Source of the DNA: Candidatus Velthaea sp.
GTDB taxonomy: Bacteria; Vulcanimicrobiota; Vulcanimicrobiia; Vulcanimicrobiales; Vulcanimicrobiaceae
Length of the DNA stretch: 52,170 bases
Reading direction: 5' to 3'
NCBI GenBank assembly: GCA_050012475.1
Contig: JBEKHC010000030.1
Span: 1 to 52,170 of the forward strand
Shown: positions 39,282-49,062 of the stretch, in pieces
How the letters are laid out: every line of letters begins with the position of its first letter
How positions within the stretch are numbered: the stretch's first letter is position 1
Notes under the pieces: generated by a model
What the model was told of the DNA's origin: nothing
What the model saw: only the letters and a program-made list of their open reading frames with translations
The model's database searches: none
Made by a program: the position numbers and the translations under genes

Positions 39282-42079
39282 CGCAGCGCCCGCCGACCGT
39301 TCCCACCGCGACGTATCGCTTGCAATTCACGCCCGTGTTCGGCTTCCGCGACGCAACCGCGATCGTGCCGTATCTCAACGATCTGGGCGTCGGCCACTTG
39401 TATGCCTCGCCGTATTTGAAGGCCCGGCCCGGGAGCCTGCACGGCTACGACGTGGTCGATCCCAACGCGCTCAACCCGGAGATCGGGACGCCGGCCGAAC
39501 ATGCAGCGATGGTGTCCGCGGCGCAGGCCAAAGGCATGGGCCAGATCCTCGACTTCGTTCCCAACCACATGGGGATCGGGCCCGACAATCCGTGGTGGAA
39601 CGACGTCCTCGAATGGGGCGAACGGTCGACGTACGCCGCATTTTTCGACATCGATTGGCGCCCGCTCAAGCCCGAATTACAAGGCAAAGTCCTCGTTCCA
39701 ACGTTAGGCGACCATTACGGGCGCGTGCTCGAAAGCGGCGAGATCAAACTGTCGTTCGAGCTCGCCGCCGGGACGTTCGTGGTCGACTATTTTGACAACC
39801 GCTTTCCCGTGGCGGTCAAATCGTATGCCGACGTGCTGCAGCGCGCCGCGCACCACGGCGCACCGCAGCTCGAAGCGCTGGCCGCCGAGTTCGCCTCGTT
39901 CGCGCCCGGCGCGTTGCCGGCGACGGCGGCGGAAATGCAGCCGGTCTACCGGCGTGCCGCCGAGGTGAAGAAGCAGTTGGCCGATGCGGCACGCGACGCC
40001 GCCGCCGCGGTCGCCATCGCGCGTGCGCTCGAGGATTTCACCATCGTCCCCGGCGATCCGCGCAGCGCCGATGCCCTCGATCTGCTCTTGAGCGATCAGT
40101 TCTATCGGCTGGCCTATTGGCGCGTAGCCGTGGACGACGTCAACTACCGGCGCTTCTTCGACATCAACGATCTGGCGGGGTTGCGCGTCGAGGACGCCGC
40201 GGTGCTCGGCCAAACGCATCGCTTGGCGTTCGCATGGATCGCGGCGGGGACGCTGCAGGGCTTGCGCATCGATCACATCGACGGCTTGTACAACCCCGGC
40301 GGCTACTGCAACTTGATCAAGGAGCGGTCCGACGCGCTGGGTCAACCGCTGTACGTCGTCGTCGAAAAAATTCTCGCCCCCTTCGAGCGGCTGCGCGCGA
40401 GCTGGCTCATCTCGGGCACGACGGGCTACGAGTTCGCCAACCTGGTCAACGGTTTGTTCGTCGATGCCGGCGCCGAAGCGGGGTTTGACCGCATTTATGC
40501 CCGCGCCATCGGCCATGAGCCCGACTACGATCTGATCGCCTACGAAGCCAAGCGGCGCATCATGTCGATCAATCTGGCCAGCGAACTTACCGTTCTGGCG
40601 ACGAATCTCTCGCGGATCGCCGCCAGCGACCGCCGTTCGAGCGACTTCACCTTCAACGGGCTGCGCGATGCGCTCATCGAAGTGGTCGCCGCCTTTCCGG
40701 TCTACCGCACCTATGTCGTCAGCGAAGAGATCGAGGCCGAAGACCGCGAATTCATCGAGGCCGCCGTCGCCGTCGCGCAGCTGCGCAGCACGCTCGCCGA
40801 CGAAAGTGTTTTCGCCTTCATCGCCGACGTGCTGACCGTGCGCGCCGCAGAGCCCAACACGGGTTACGATCGCAACGAGGTCTTGCGGTTCGCGATGCGC
40901 TTCCAGCAATACACGAGTCCGGTGATGGCCAAGTCGATCGAGGACACCGTGTTCTACCGCTACGTGCGGTTGATCTCGCTCAACGAAGTCGGCGGCGATC
41001 CGACGCGCTTCGGCACATCGGTCGGTGAGTTTCACGCCGCGAATGCCGAACGTGCCGCGACGAGGCCGCACACGATGCTCGCGACCTCGACCCACGATCA
41101 CAAACGCGGCGAAGACGTGCGCACGCGCATCGACGTGCTCACCGAGATGCCGGGCGGCTGGAGCCGCGCGCTGCGGCGCTGGTCACGAATCAATCGCACC
41201 CGGCGCGAAACGGTGCGCGGTCACCTCGTGCCGGATCCCAATGATGAGTATTTTCTGTATCAAACCCTGGTCGGCACGTGGCCGGCGGCGTGGCACACGC
41301 CGGCCGAAGCCGACGCCGGCGAGTACGCAGCGTACGTCGAGCGCATCGTGGCCTACTTCGAGAAAGCGCAGCGCGAAGCCAAGACCCGCACGTCGTGGGC
41401 CAACCCCGATCTGGCGTACGAAGAGGGCACGGCGCGCTTCATCCGCACGATCCTGGAGCGCGGCGACGAGGCCCGCTTTCCCAACGAGATCGGGGCACTC
41501 GTAGCGGAGATCGCACCGGCCGCGATGGTGTCGAGCTTGTCGCAACTGGTGTTCAAATGCACTGCGCCCGGCGTGCCCGACATTTATCAGGGCTGCGAAC
41601 TCTGGGACCACTCGCTGGTCGATCCGGACAACCGCCGGCCCGTCGATTACGTTCTGCGCGCCGCCATGCTGGCCGAAGCCAAGATCGACCCGGCCGCGGC
41701 GCGCGCATCGTGGCTCGACGGACGCGTGAAGCTGTACGTCACGTCCAAGTTGCTCGAGCTGCGAGCGCAGCGGCGCGCGACCTTTTTGGACGGGCCCTAC
41801 ATGCCGCTCGATGTCGTCGGCGTGCACAGCGAGCACGTTATCGCGTTTGCCCGAACCGACGTCATCGTGATCGCACCGCGGTTGGTACGCACGCTCGTTC
41901 GTTCCGACGAACCGATTCCGCGCCTCGCATTCGGCGATGAAACCGTCAGCTTGCCGCCCGACACACCGACGCGCTTGCGCGATATCTTTACCGAGGCGCG
42001 AATCGAGGCGACAGACGGTCGAATTGCCGTAAGCACGGCGCTGGAAGCCTTTCCGGTCAGCGTTCTCGTTCCGGACTGA
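39278..42079 (+). CDS. treY: Malto-oligosyltrehalose synthase
   Basis: ATYRLQ, HGYDVVD, NYRRFFDIN, RIDHIDGL, STHDHKRGED; TTG start overlapping the treZ stop. Confidence 0.95.
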   Translation: MTQRPPTVPTATYRLQFTPVFGFRDATAIVPYLNDLGVGHLYASPYLKARPGSLHGYDVVDPNALNPEIGTPAEHAAMVSAAQAKGMGQILDFVPNHMGIGPDNPWWNDVLEWGERSTYAAFFDIDWRPLKPELQGKVLVPTLGDHYGRVLESGEIKLSFELAAGTFVVDYFDNRFPVAVKSYADVLQRAAHHGAPQLEALAAEFASFAPGALPATAAEMQPVYRRAAEVKKQLADAARDAAAAVAIARALEDFTIVPGDPRSADALDLLLSDQFYRLAYWRVAVDDVNYRRFFDINDLAGLRVEDAAVLGQTHRLAFAWIAAGTLQGLRIDHIDGLYNPGGYCNLIKERSDALGQPLYVVVEKILAPFERLRASWLISGTTGYEFANLVNGLFVDAGAEAGFDRIYARAIGHEPDYDLIAYEAKRRIMSINLASELTVLATNLSRIAASDRRSSDFTFNGLRDALIEVVAAFPVYRTYVVSEEIEAEDREFIEAAVAVAQLRSTLADESVFAFIADVLTVRAAEPNTGYDRNEVLRFAMRFQQYTSPVMAKSIEDTVFYRYVRLISLNEVGGDPTRFGTSVGEFHAANAERAATRPHTMLATSTHDHKRGEDVRTRIDVLTEMPGGWSRALRRWSRINRTRRETVRGHLVPDPNDEYFLYQTLVGTWPAAWHTPAEADAGEYAAYVERIVAYFEKAQREAKTRTSWANPDLAYEEGTARFIRTILERGDEARFPNEIGALVAEIAPAAMVSSLSQLVFKCTAPGVPDIYQGCELWDHSLVDPDNRRPVDYVLRAAMLAEAKIDPAAARASWLDGRVKLYVTSKLLELRAQRRATFLDGPYMPLDVVGVHSEHVIAFARTDVIVIAPRLVRTLVRSDEPIPRLAFGDETVSLPPDTPTRLRDIFTEARIEATDGRIAVSTALEAFPVSVLVPD

Positions 42080-42255
42080 TCCGAATTGCACGCACGGCGC
42101 GTGCGTCCGCGTTACGGTATCGATAAAATGTTGCGAACGGACCCTTGCACGGTAAAGCTTTACAGGACGTGACCTTGGTTGCGTTTGCAAACAATGTGTC
42201 GCATTCGTAAAGGTTTCGCGATAGCGTTGGAACTATTGTAACCTGACGACATCCC

Positions 42256-42597
42256 GTGCCCCGGAGGTCGCCTTTGCGCAAGACCCGTTATACCGACGAT
42301 CAAATTGAAGCCGCCGTCCGACAAGCCGAAAGCGGCGTCTCGATGGCAGACATCGCCCGGAACCTCGGCGTATCCGAAGCGACGTTTTTGGTTTGGAAAA
42401 AACGATTTAATTCGGTGATGCCCGACTCGAGCGAACTCACCCGATTGCGTTATGAGAATGCCGAGCTCAAACGGCTCGTGATCGATCTCATCTGCGATCG
42501 CGAGTTGTGCAAAGCCACGCACACCAAGGACGACGTCCTCTCAGCTGGTTTGGCCGCAAAGAAGGCCAAGGCGGCGAAGCTGGTAGTTAGCGCCTAA
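42256..42597 (+). CDS. IS3-family OrfA-like HTH protein, solitary
   Basis: RYTDDQI...DIARNLGVSEATFLVWKKRF...LRYENAELKRLV; no OrfB follows. Confidence 0.7.
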   Translation: MPRRSPLRKTRYTDDQIEAAVRQAESGVSMADIARNLGVSEATFLVWKKRFNSVMPDSSELTRLRYENAELKRLVIDLICDRELCKATHTKDDVLSAGLAAKKAKAAKLVVSA

Positions 42598-43102
42598 ATT
42601 CGGCGCGCAGCGAGCGCAGAAGATCGGCCTGTCCGGACTCTTGCCTTGCGGCAAGAGCGGGCGGTGGAATCGAAGCCCGTAGCCGCTCCAAGCGTTGGGA
42701 CAGGACGCCCGCGAGGTACGCCAGCGCGGCGGAAGCGGACGGCTCGCCATCGTCGAGTTGCCAGCCGGTGTCGATCGACGTTCGCAGATAGTACCACGCT
42801 TCGTCGAGCAGGTGTCCGACCGGTTCCCCCGGTTGGGCTGCGTTTGCACGCGCGATGAGTTCGAGCAGCAGCGCGGCTTCGTTCTCCCCTTCGGAGAGCA
42901 AGCCAAGCAGGAACACCAGTTCGCGCGGACACGGGGCTTGCGCGATAATCCGTTCGCGTTCGAATTGGGGGTTCGCCGGGACGGCGGCGCGGATGAGTTC
43001 GCGATACAGCGCATCGAGTTCGGGCAAGCCCCACTGCAGCCGGGCGGACGGGGACGGCAGCGCCGCGAGCTGCGCAGCGAACGTCCGCGCGCCTTCGTTC
43101 AC
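42587..43102 (-). CDS. Hypothetical protein
   Basis: GTGA overlap with the upstream dioxygenase stop; helical, host-like composition. Confidence 0.65.
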   Translation of the reverse strand: MNEGARTFAAQLAALPSPSARLQWGLPELDALYRELIRAAVPANPQFERERIIAQAPCPRELVFLLGLLSEGENEAALLLELIARANAAQPGEPVGHLLDEAWYYLRTSIDTGWQLDDGEPSASAALAYLAGVLSQRLERLRASIPPPALAARQESGQADLLRSLRAEFRR

Positions 43103-43878
43103 GCAGCGATGCTCAGCGACAACATGCTGCCGGCGCGAAAATCGAAGCCCTCGACGATCGTCGCGACCCGTTCGCCGGCGCGTTGCAGCGCCGCAGTGTA
43201 GAGCAACGGCAGATAGTGCTCCGGGGTCGGAACCGACAAACGGGCATCGGCCCCCAGCCGCTGATAATTGATGAGCGCCTCGTGTTCGCGCCCGTCCAGC
43301 AGCCGGCGAACGTCGGCGTCGAAACGCCGCGCCCACTCATAGGGCTCGCGATCGGCAGTCCGATCGGCGAGCTCTAAATTATGGACGACGTTGCCGCTGC
43401 TCATGATGAACACGCCCTCGTCCCGCAGCGGAGCGAGCCGGGCCGCCAGCTCGTAGTGAAAACCTGCGGGTTTGGTCCGGTCGATGCTCAGCTCGACGAG
43501 CGGAATCTCGGCCTGCGGAAAGAGATGCGCCAAGATGCAATACGCGCCGTGGTCGAAACCCCAGCTGGTGGCATCGCGTTGGACGCGCGTCGGCTGCAGC
43601 AGTTCGACAACCCGTTCGACGAGATCGGCATCGCCGGGCGCCGGGTAGGCGAAGTCGAAGAGCGCCGGCGGAAAATTCGTATTGAAATCGTGAATCGTCG
43701 GCGGCCGCGGCGCGGCGCTGACGCGCGTTCCTGGAACGTACCAGTGGGCCGAGATGGCCAGGATCGCGCGCGGCGCGGGCAGCGTGGCGGCATAGGCGCG
43801 CCAAGCCGTGCTGTAGCGGTTCTTCGTCAGCGTGTTGAGCGGCGAGCCATGGCCGAAAAATGCGGTCGGGAGGGTCAT
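43099..43878 (-). CDS. ygiD: 4,5-DOPA (DODA-type, LigB family) extradiol dioxygenase
   Basis: FFGHGSP, ISAHW, TIHDF, GFDHG, SGNVVHNL, PTPEHYLPL. Confidence 0.92.
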   Translation of the reverse strand: MTLPTAFFGHGSPLNTLTKNRYSTAWRAYAATLPAPRAILAISAHWYVPGTRVSAAPRPPTIHDFNTNFPPALFDFAYPAPGDADLVERVVELLQPTRVQRDATSWGFDHGAYCILAHLFPQAEIPLVELSIDRTKPAGFHYELAARLAPLRDEGVFIMSSGNVVHNLELADRTADREPYEWARRFDADVRRLLDGREHEALINYQRLGADARLSVPTPEHYLPLLYTAALQRAGERVATIVEGFDFRAGSMLSLSIAA

Positions 43879-44360
43879 CGCGTTTGCCGGCGGGGGCCGA
43901 CGCCCGGGGCCCGCCAAATCGAGCCGTCCTTGAATCGCACCACGCGCACGCTGCACGCGTTGGGCCTCGGACCCAGGTACGCGTAGCCGCTGAAGACGTC
44001 GGCGAAGGTGTGGTCGATTCGAGCGTTCGGCGAGAACGTCCCCGCGTCGATCACGCGCTCGAAATCACCGCGGTAGTTGACGCCGAAGACGACCCGGTCG
44101 GCAACCATCGCCGACGTGTTGGTAAAGCTGATCCGGATTCCATCGGTGAACGGCGAACCGTTGGGCACGAGCGGACCGGCAAAGCCGTAGTCGTACCAGT
44201 ACAAGCTGCGATAGGCGGGCCGCGCGGGCTGATATTGCAAGACGGCACAAGTCCCGATTTGAACCGGGACGGGACCTTGGGCGCCCGCGACCAGCGGCTG
44301 GGCACCGCAGGCCAGGCTTAACGAAGCAGCGAGAACGATTCCGACGCGACGTGAATTCAT
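43875..44360 (-). CDS. Secreted hypothetical protein
   Basis: GAGGAG RBS, signal peptide, DAGTFSP, two Cys, C-terminal VRFKDGSIW. Confidence 0.75.
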   Translation of the reverse strand: MNSRRVGIVLAASLSLACGAQPLVAGAQGPVPVQIGTCAVLQYQPARPAYRSLYWYDYGFAGPLVPNGSPFTDGIRISFTNTSAMVADRVVFGVNYRGDFERVIDAGTFSPNARIDHTFADVFSGYAYLGPRPNACSVRVVRFKDGSIWRAPGVGPRRQTR

Positions 44361-44402
44361 GCGTTTCTCCTCACAGCGTACGGCCGTCGCAGCGGCAGCC
44401 GG

Positions 44403-45050
44403 TCAGGCCGCGATGTCGTTCTGCGGATCTCGCGCTTTGACGATCCGCCACCAGGCGAAGCCGCCGACGGCCAGAACCGCGACGACGCCGACGATGATCA
44501 GCGCGAAATCATGCACGTAGGACACGATGCCATCGATATTCTTTCCCGCCACTTCCCCGACGTACGCCAGGACGAAGCAGAAAATCGCCGAGCCGATCGC
44601 GGTGTAGGTGACGAAAAAGCGCTTCTGCATCCGCGACAAACCGGCCGGGAAGGCGGCGACCCCGCGGACGAACGGGATGAACCGGCACCAGAAGACCGTG
44701 AGTTTTCCGTGGCGCTCGTAAAAGGCATGGACGCGTTCGAGCTCGTGCTCGCGAAACATCACGTACTTGCCGTAGCGGCGCACGAAGGGCAACCCGCCGT
44801 AGTAGCCGACCGCATAGAGGATCGATCCGCCGGCAATCTCACCCAGCGTCGCGACGACGGCGACGACGATCCAGGCCGGGACGACCCCGGCAGAGCCAAA
44901 ATGGTGCTGCGCGGCAAGTGCCCCGGCAGTCGGAACGATCACCTCGGTGCCGGCCGGCATCCCCATGTTGCCCATCGCCATCACGACGAACAGGCCCGGG
45001 TAACCAAAGTGAACGACAAGCTGGTGCAGGAAAGCCGTAAGATGATGCAG
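44403..45050 (-). CDS. DedA family membrane protein
   Basis: GNMGMP.GTEVIVP, YAVGYYGG, RFIPFVR; the frame extends to a CTG at 45050 preceded by GAGAGGAG. Confidence 0.92.
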   Translation of the reverse strand: MHHLTAFLHQLVVHFGYPGLFVVMAMGNMGMPAGTEVIVPTAGALAAQHHFGSAGVVPAWIVVAVVATLGEIAGGSILYAVGYYGGLPFVRRYGKYVMFREHELERVHAFYERHGKLTVFWCRFIPFVRGVAAFPAGLSRMQKRFFVTYTAIGSAIFCFVLAYVGEVAGKNIDGIVSYVHDFALIIVGVVAVLAVGGFAWWRIVKARDPQNDIAA

Positions 45051-45074
45051 GGTGGGGCTCCTCTCGTCCGTCCG

Positions 45075-45476
45075 CTACCCGGGGCTGCTCACGGAGTTTC
45101 GGGCGGCCCGGCGCAGGATATCGGCCGCGAGGCCGGCGCCTTCATCGCAAATCGCGTCGAACAAATCGACGGGTTCGATCTCGCGACCACCGGCCCGCTT
45201 TTCCGCCAGTTTGACGATCTTGCGGACCCGAGGGGTGACGAGGATTCCTTCCCACGTGCGGTCGTCGCCCATGCCGAGCGCGCGCTTGATCTCCGCATGA
45301 ACGTCCGAGCCGTTGACGTGCCGTTCCCGCAGCCGCTGATCGATGCCGGGATCGTGCTCCTCGAGAAGAGCGTACAGCATGTGTTCCGCTCCCACGTAGT
45401 AATGGTTGTGGTTGCGGCATTCTTGCTCGGCGGCACGCAACACGCGTCGCGACGCCGGGCTGAAATGTGAGAACAA
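45075..45476 (-). CDS. Stand-alone Clp N-terminal domain protein
   Basis: FSPASRRVLRAAEQE...HYYVGAEHMLYALL, TPRVRKIV; TTG start just downstream of the tRNA. Confidence 0.85.
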   Translation of the reverse strand: MFSHFSPASRRVLRAAEQECRNHNHYYVGAEHMLYALLEEHDPGIDQRLRERHVNGSDVHAEIKRALGMGDDRTWEGILVTPRVRKIVKLAEKRAGGREIEPVDLFDAICDEGAGLAADILRRAARNSVSSPG

Positions 45477-45499
45477 CGTACGAGCCTGCGGAAAGAGAG

Positions 45500-45576
45500 T
45501 GGTCGGGGCGGCAGGATTTGAACCTGTGACCTCTGCGTCCCGAACGCAGCGCTCTACCAAGCTGAGCTACGCCCCG
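45500..45576 (-). tRNA. tRNA-Pro (CGG)
   Basis: CGGGGCGTAGCTCAGCTTGGTAGAGCG-CTGCG-TTCGGGA-CGCAG...GGTTCAAATCC...GCCCCGACCA; cloverleaf with encoded CCA. Confidence 0.97.
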
Positions 45577-45724
45577 ACTGTTGTGCGTGGGACTTCGTCC
45601 AAAAGGTGCGCCGGGCACAGCCGAAAACATCGCCCTCCGGACAAAGTCAGGTCAATTCGTACCGATGCCGGGCCCTCCTGCCGGGAAGTCCGGGCGGCTT
45701 GTCTAAGACTCGGGACGCTTCACC

Positions 45725-46399
45725 ATGAGATACGTCATCGTCGGCTGCGGCCGTGTAGGTTCGACCCTGGCCAAGCTGCTCGTCGCCGATAAACACGAGG
45801 TGATCGTCGTCGACGAAAATCCGGCGGCGTTCAAGCGGCTGGGTAATCGGTTCGGCGGTCAAGTCGAAGTCGGCACCGGGATCGACTACGACGTCCTCAA
45901 ACGGGCCGGCGCCGATCGCGCCGACGGTTTTGTGGCAGTGACCGACGGCGACAACCGCAACGTGATGGCCTCGCTGATCGCGCAGCGCATGTTCCGCATT
46001 CCCAAGATCGTGGCGCGGATCTACGACCCGCCGCGCGGACAGATGTACCGCGATTTGGGAATCGAGACGTTCTCGCCGACCACGCTGGGCGCGCAACTCA
46101 TCCGCGACCGGCTGGCCGACACGCCCTACCAGAGTTTACCTTCATTTGATTTCGGCAATCTCACCTCACTGGTCGCCACGATTGGGCACGCGCATGCCGG
46201 CCGGACCGTTGGGGAGATTGAGGCGCCGGGCAAAGTTCGCATCGCGGCGATTCGCCGCGGCGGTGCGGTCATGGTCGCTACCATCAACGAAACGCTGCAG
46301 AACGGCGACGAAGTCAACGTCATCGTGGCACCCGACGCGCTGGTCGATTTCGCGACCGAGTTTCTCGCCGTCGTCCCGGTCGACAAGCTCGCGGTTTGA
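45725..46399 (+). CDS. trkA: TrkA-family K+ uptake RCK protein
   Basis: IVGCGRVG, VTDGDNRN, ARIYDP; TrkA_N + TrkA_C. Confidence 0.92.
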   Translation: MRYVIVGCGRVGSTLAKLLVADKHEVIVVDENPAAFKRLGNRFGGQVEVGTGIDYDVLKRAGADRADGFVAVTDGDNRNVMASLIAQRMFRIPKIVARIYDPPRGQMYRDLGIETFSPTTLGAQLIRDRLADTPYQSLPSFDFGNLTSLVATIGHAHAGRTVGEIEAPGKVRIAAIRRGGAVMVATINETLQNGDEVNVIVAPDALVDFATEFLAVVPVDKLAV

Positions 46400-46444
46400 G
46401 CCGCGTCCCTACGCGCCGTTAGCACGGCGCAGAAATACGAAAAT

Positions 46445-47113
46445 ATGTTCATCATCATTGTCGGCGGCGGGAAAGTCGGAACCTACCTCGCGCGCGGACT
46501 CATCAAGCAGCAGCACGAAGTCGTCGTCGTCGAGAAAGACGCCAAAAAGGCGCAGCTCATGACGAACACGCTGGAGACCGATGTCGCGATCGTTGGCGAC
46601 GGCTGCGATCCCAACATTCTGCTCCAGGCCGGCATCGTGCGCGCCGACGTCGTGGTGGCCGACACCGGCGACGACGAAGATAATCTCGTGGTCGTGCTCA
46701 TCGCTAAAAAACACTCGAAGGCGCGTTGCATCGCGCGGGTTAACAATCCCAAGAACAAGCTGATCTTCGAATCGCTCGATACCAGCCAGCCCGTAACGGT
46801 CATCTCGTCGACCGAGATCATCCTGGCCCACATCGACGACCGCCTCAACAATCTCAATCTCGAACCGTTAGCGCGGGTGGGAAGCGGCGATCTGGAACTC
46901 GTGCAGCTCTCGATCCCCGCCGACTCGCCCGCACGCGGGAAACGCGTGGCCGACTTGGCCTTGCCGCGCGGTTGCGTCGTCGTCGCCGTCGACCGCGGTT
47001 CGGGCGACGTCGTCATCCCCAACGGCGACACCACCATCGATTCCGGCGACGACGTCATCGCGATGATCAAACGCGAAGCGCGCGGCGACGTCTGCTCGGC
47101 GCTCGTGGGCTAA
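46445..47113 (+). CDS. trkA: TrkA-family K+ uptake RCK protein (second paralog)
   Basis: IVGGGKVG, TGDDEDNL, ARVNNPKN, IPNGDT. Confidence 0.92.
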   Translation: MFIIIVGGGKVGTYLARGLIKQQHEVVVVEKDAKKAQLMTNTLETDVAIVGDGCDPNILLQAGIVRADVVVADTGDDEDNLVVVLIAKKHSKARCIARVNNPKNKLIFESLDTSQPVTVISSTEIILAHIDDRLNNLNLEPLARVGSGDLELVQLSIPADSPARGKRVADLALPRGCVVVAVDRGSGDVVIPNGDTTIDSGDDVIAMIKREARGDVCSALVG

Positions 47114-47115
47114 CA

Positions 47116-47146
47116 GAATTCGCAGCGCTGAACGCGCTGCGAATTC
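47116..47146. terminator. 13-bp perfect hairpin after the trkA pair
   Basis: GAATTCGCAGCGC-TGAAC-GCGCTGCGAATTC; no U-tract. Confidence 0.6.
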
Positions 47147-47167
47147 ATGGCGTTTGCGGCTGCGCCG

Positions 47168-47330
47168 CAAGCCGCGGTCGCGGTCGGTACTTCGCACCAA
47201 GCCGCGGTTGCGGTCGGTTCTTCGGAGCGAGCCGGCGTTTGGCGCTGCGGGCCAAGGTGCGTCGCGTTCGGTTCTTCGAAGCGCCGGCATGGCGTTTGGC
47301 CCCGGGTGCCAAGCTGCGTCGCGGTTGGGC
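47168..47330. repeat. Degenerate intergenic direct repeats (4 related units)
   Basis: CAAGCCGCGGTYGCGGTCGGTWCTTCG at 47168 and 47198 (30-bp period); related units at about 47252 and 47309 (57-bp period). Confidence 0.75.
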
Positions 47331-47400
47331 TGAGCCTTGCCCAAATGTGATTGCGCGTGACCGGAGATCGTCTCAACGATCTTCGACGGAGTGCGTGCCG

Positions 47401-47757
47401 ATGAATCCGATCCCTAGTCAACCGATCTTGAACTCTTCGCTATCCGGTGCGGGAATGAATCCGGCCAATACTGCCGGCCCCGGTCCGCTTACCAATGAAT
47501 TGCAGCCGAACGATCTTACACGCTGGGCGCCGGACGGGGTGGGACAGCCCGGTTCGTTTGCGGCATCTTCCATGGCCGATTCGCCCAGCGAAAGCAGCTC
47601 CTCGCAAGGTGGCTTCTTCGGCATAATTCAGACGTTGATCGACCAGCTAGGGGCGATGATGGGTCAGAGCGTGAGCGGCATCGGGCTACCGAGCATTCCC
47701 GACCCCACCGCACCGGGCACGCCGGTTTCCGGGGGTGAGCGACAAATCCTGACCTGA
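47401..47757 (+). CDS. Low-complexity hypothetical protein, possibly truncated
   Basis: GGAG before ATG; Pro/Ser/Gly-rich with an amphipathic FFGIIQTLIDQLGAMM helix. Confidence 0.5.
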   Translation: MNPIPSQPILNSSLSGAGMNPANTAGPGPLTNELQPNDLTRWAPDGVGQPGSFAASSMADSPSESSSSQGGFFGIIQTLIDQLGAMMGQSVSGIGLPSIPDPTAPGTPVSGGERQILT

Positions 47758-47784
47758 TCTCATGGCGCGCATCGAAGAACGCCG

Positions 47785-49062
47785 CTAGTGGGTGTGGGTG
47801 AAGTTGCCCAGGGCCACGCCGAGCTGTCGGAGGCGTTCGAGCGCCGTTCGCATTCCGAGCGGTTCGGCCGGCCGCCCGACCCGTGCGAAATACACGTCGG
47901 GGTCGATGTTGAGGGTGCGGGTTTGGATCATCGCCACCGGATGCGCACGCAGAAACGTTTGCGCCGCTTCCACCTCGGCGCGCTCGTCGGTGACGCCCGG
48001 ATGCGTGAGGTAATTGAGCGAGACGCGCAAACCGGCGCGCACGGCGAGGGCGATGCTTTCGAGCACGTCGTCCAATTCGTAGCCGGCGGGCCGATAATAC
48101 GCCGCGTAGACGGACGGCCGAAACGAATTGAGACTGATGCGCACCGCCTGCAGCCCCGCGTCGATGAGCCGCTGCAGCGAGCGCGGCAGCGAACCGTTCG
48201 TGTTGAGATTGATCGTGCCGTTCGGGCATGCGGCGCGAATCGCATCGATCGCCGCGGCAACGATCGGAGCGCGTAAGAGCGGCTCGCCTTCGCAGCCTTG
48301 ACCGAACGAGACGATGCCGTCGGGGACGCGCTGGAGATGGTGGATTCCGATGCGCGCCAGTTCCGCGCTCTGCGGTTCGTAGGCGATCCGCGTCTGCGGC
48401 GAGGGAATCGCGCTGTCGGCCGCGAGTTCGGAGATGCAGCCCACGCAGGCGGCGTTGCATTTCGGCGACACGGGCATCGCGGCTTCGCCCCGTTCGAGGA
48501 AAACGTTCTGCGCGGTAAAGCAGCCGTAGTCGCGCGAACACAGCGCGACCTGCGCCAAGGTGCGATTGTCCGGATCGTGCGCTTGACGTCGGGCGATGAG
48601 CGCATCGAGTTCTCCGTCGGCAAAATAGCGCGGTTTCCACTCCGCGCTTTCGTCGGTGCGCATCGCGGCAACATGCAGCGCGTCGTCGATCACGCAAGCG
48701 AACGTGTAGCCGAAGAGCGGTAGTTGCGGAGCTTCATCGCGCGCGATAAATGCCGGCAGCAGCAGCCGCGTATAGCCGGCCGGCAAGAGCGCGCTCAGGG
48801 CCGTCTCGCGCGCCGGCGCGCGACCGGCCACGAGCAGCGGCGTACGCCCCGGCAACAGCGCGCTTACCGTTCCGGGCGGCGCCGCGATCAACTCGTCGGG
48901 CCGAACGCGGCGCACGATGCCCCCGTCCGCGAGCGGCTCGCGCGCAGGATCGAAAAAGATGTTTCCCGCTACGTCGGTATAGGCGAGCCCGGCAGGGGGA
49001 TGGTGGTCTCGAATTCCTTGACGGCGTTGCCGGTCATGACCGCGCGCTTTGGGGCTTCCCAC
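47785..49062 (-). CDS. Radical SAM protein, function unknown (start uncertain)
   Basis: CNAACVGC, SFGQGCEGEP, NLNTNGS, plus CSRDYGCFTAQN. Confidence 0.88.
   Translation of the reverse strand: MGSPKARGHDRQRRQGIRDHHPPAGLAYTDVAGNIFFDPAREPLADGGIVRRVRPDELIAAPPGTVSALLPGRTPLLVAGRAPARETALSALLPAGYTRLLLPAFIARDEAPQLPLFGYTFACVIDDALHVAAMRTDESAEWKPRYFADGELDALIARRQAHDPDNRTLAQVALCSRDYGCFTAQNVFLERGEAAMPVSPKCNAACVGCISELAADSAIPSPQTRIAYEPQSAELARIGIHHLQRVPDGIVSFGQGCEGEPLLRAPIVAAAIDAIRAACPNGTINLNTNGSLPRSLQRLIDAGLQAVRISLNSFRPSVYAAYYRPAGYELDDVLESIALAVRAGLRVSLNYLTHPGVTDERAEVEAAQTFLRAHPVAMIQTRTLNIDPDVYFARVGRPAEPLGMRTALERLRQLGVALGNFTHTH

Noticed and set aside
4508..41101. Long antisense/alternative-frame ORFs (e.g. 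4508..5782, 17890..19473, 29210..30913, 37470..39098, 39704..41101)
   Set aside because: Shadows of real genes in high-GC DNA; no recognisable motifs.
45500..45576. tRNA-Pro as an island integration site
   Set aside because: No integrase and no duplicated tRNA 3' end noticed in the window; flanking genes look like core genes.
47168..47330. CRISPR array
   Set aside because: Units are degenerate, periods are irregular (30 and 57 bp) and the intervening sequences are themselves related.
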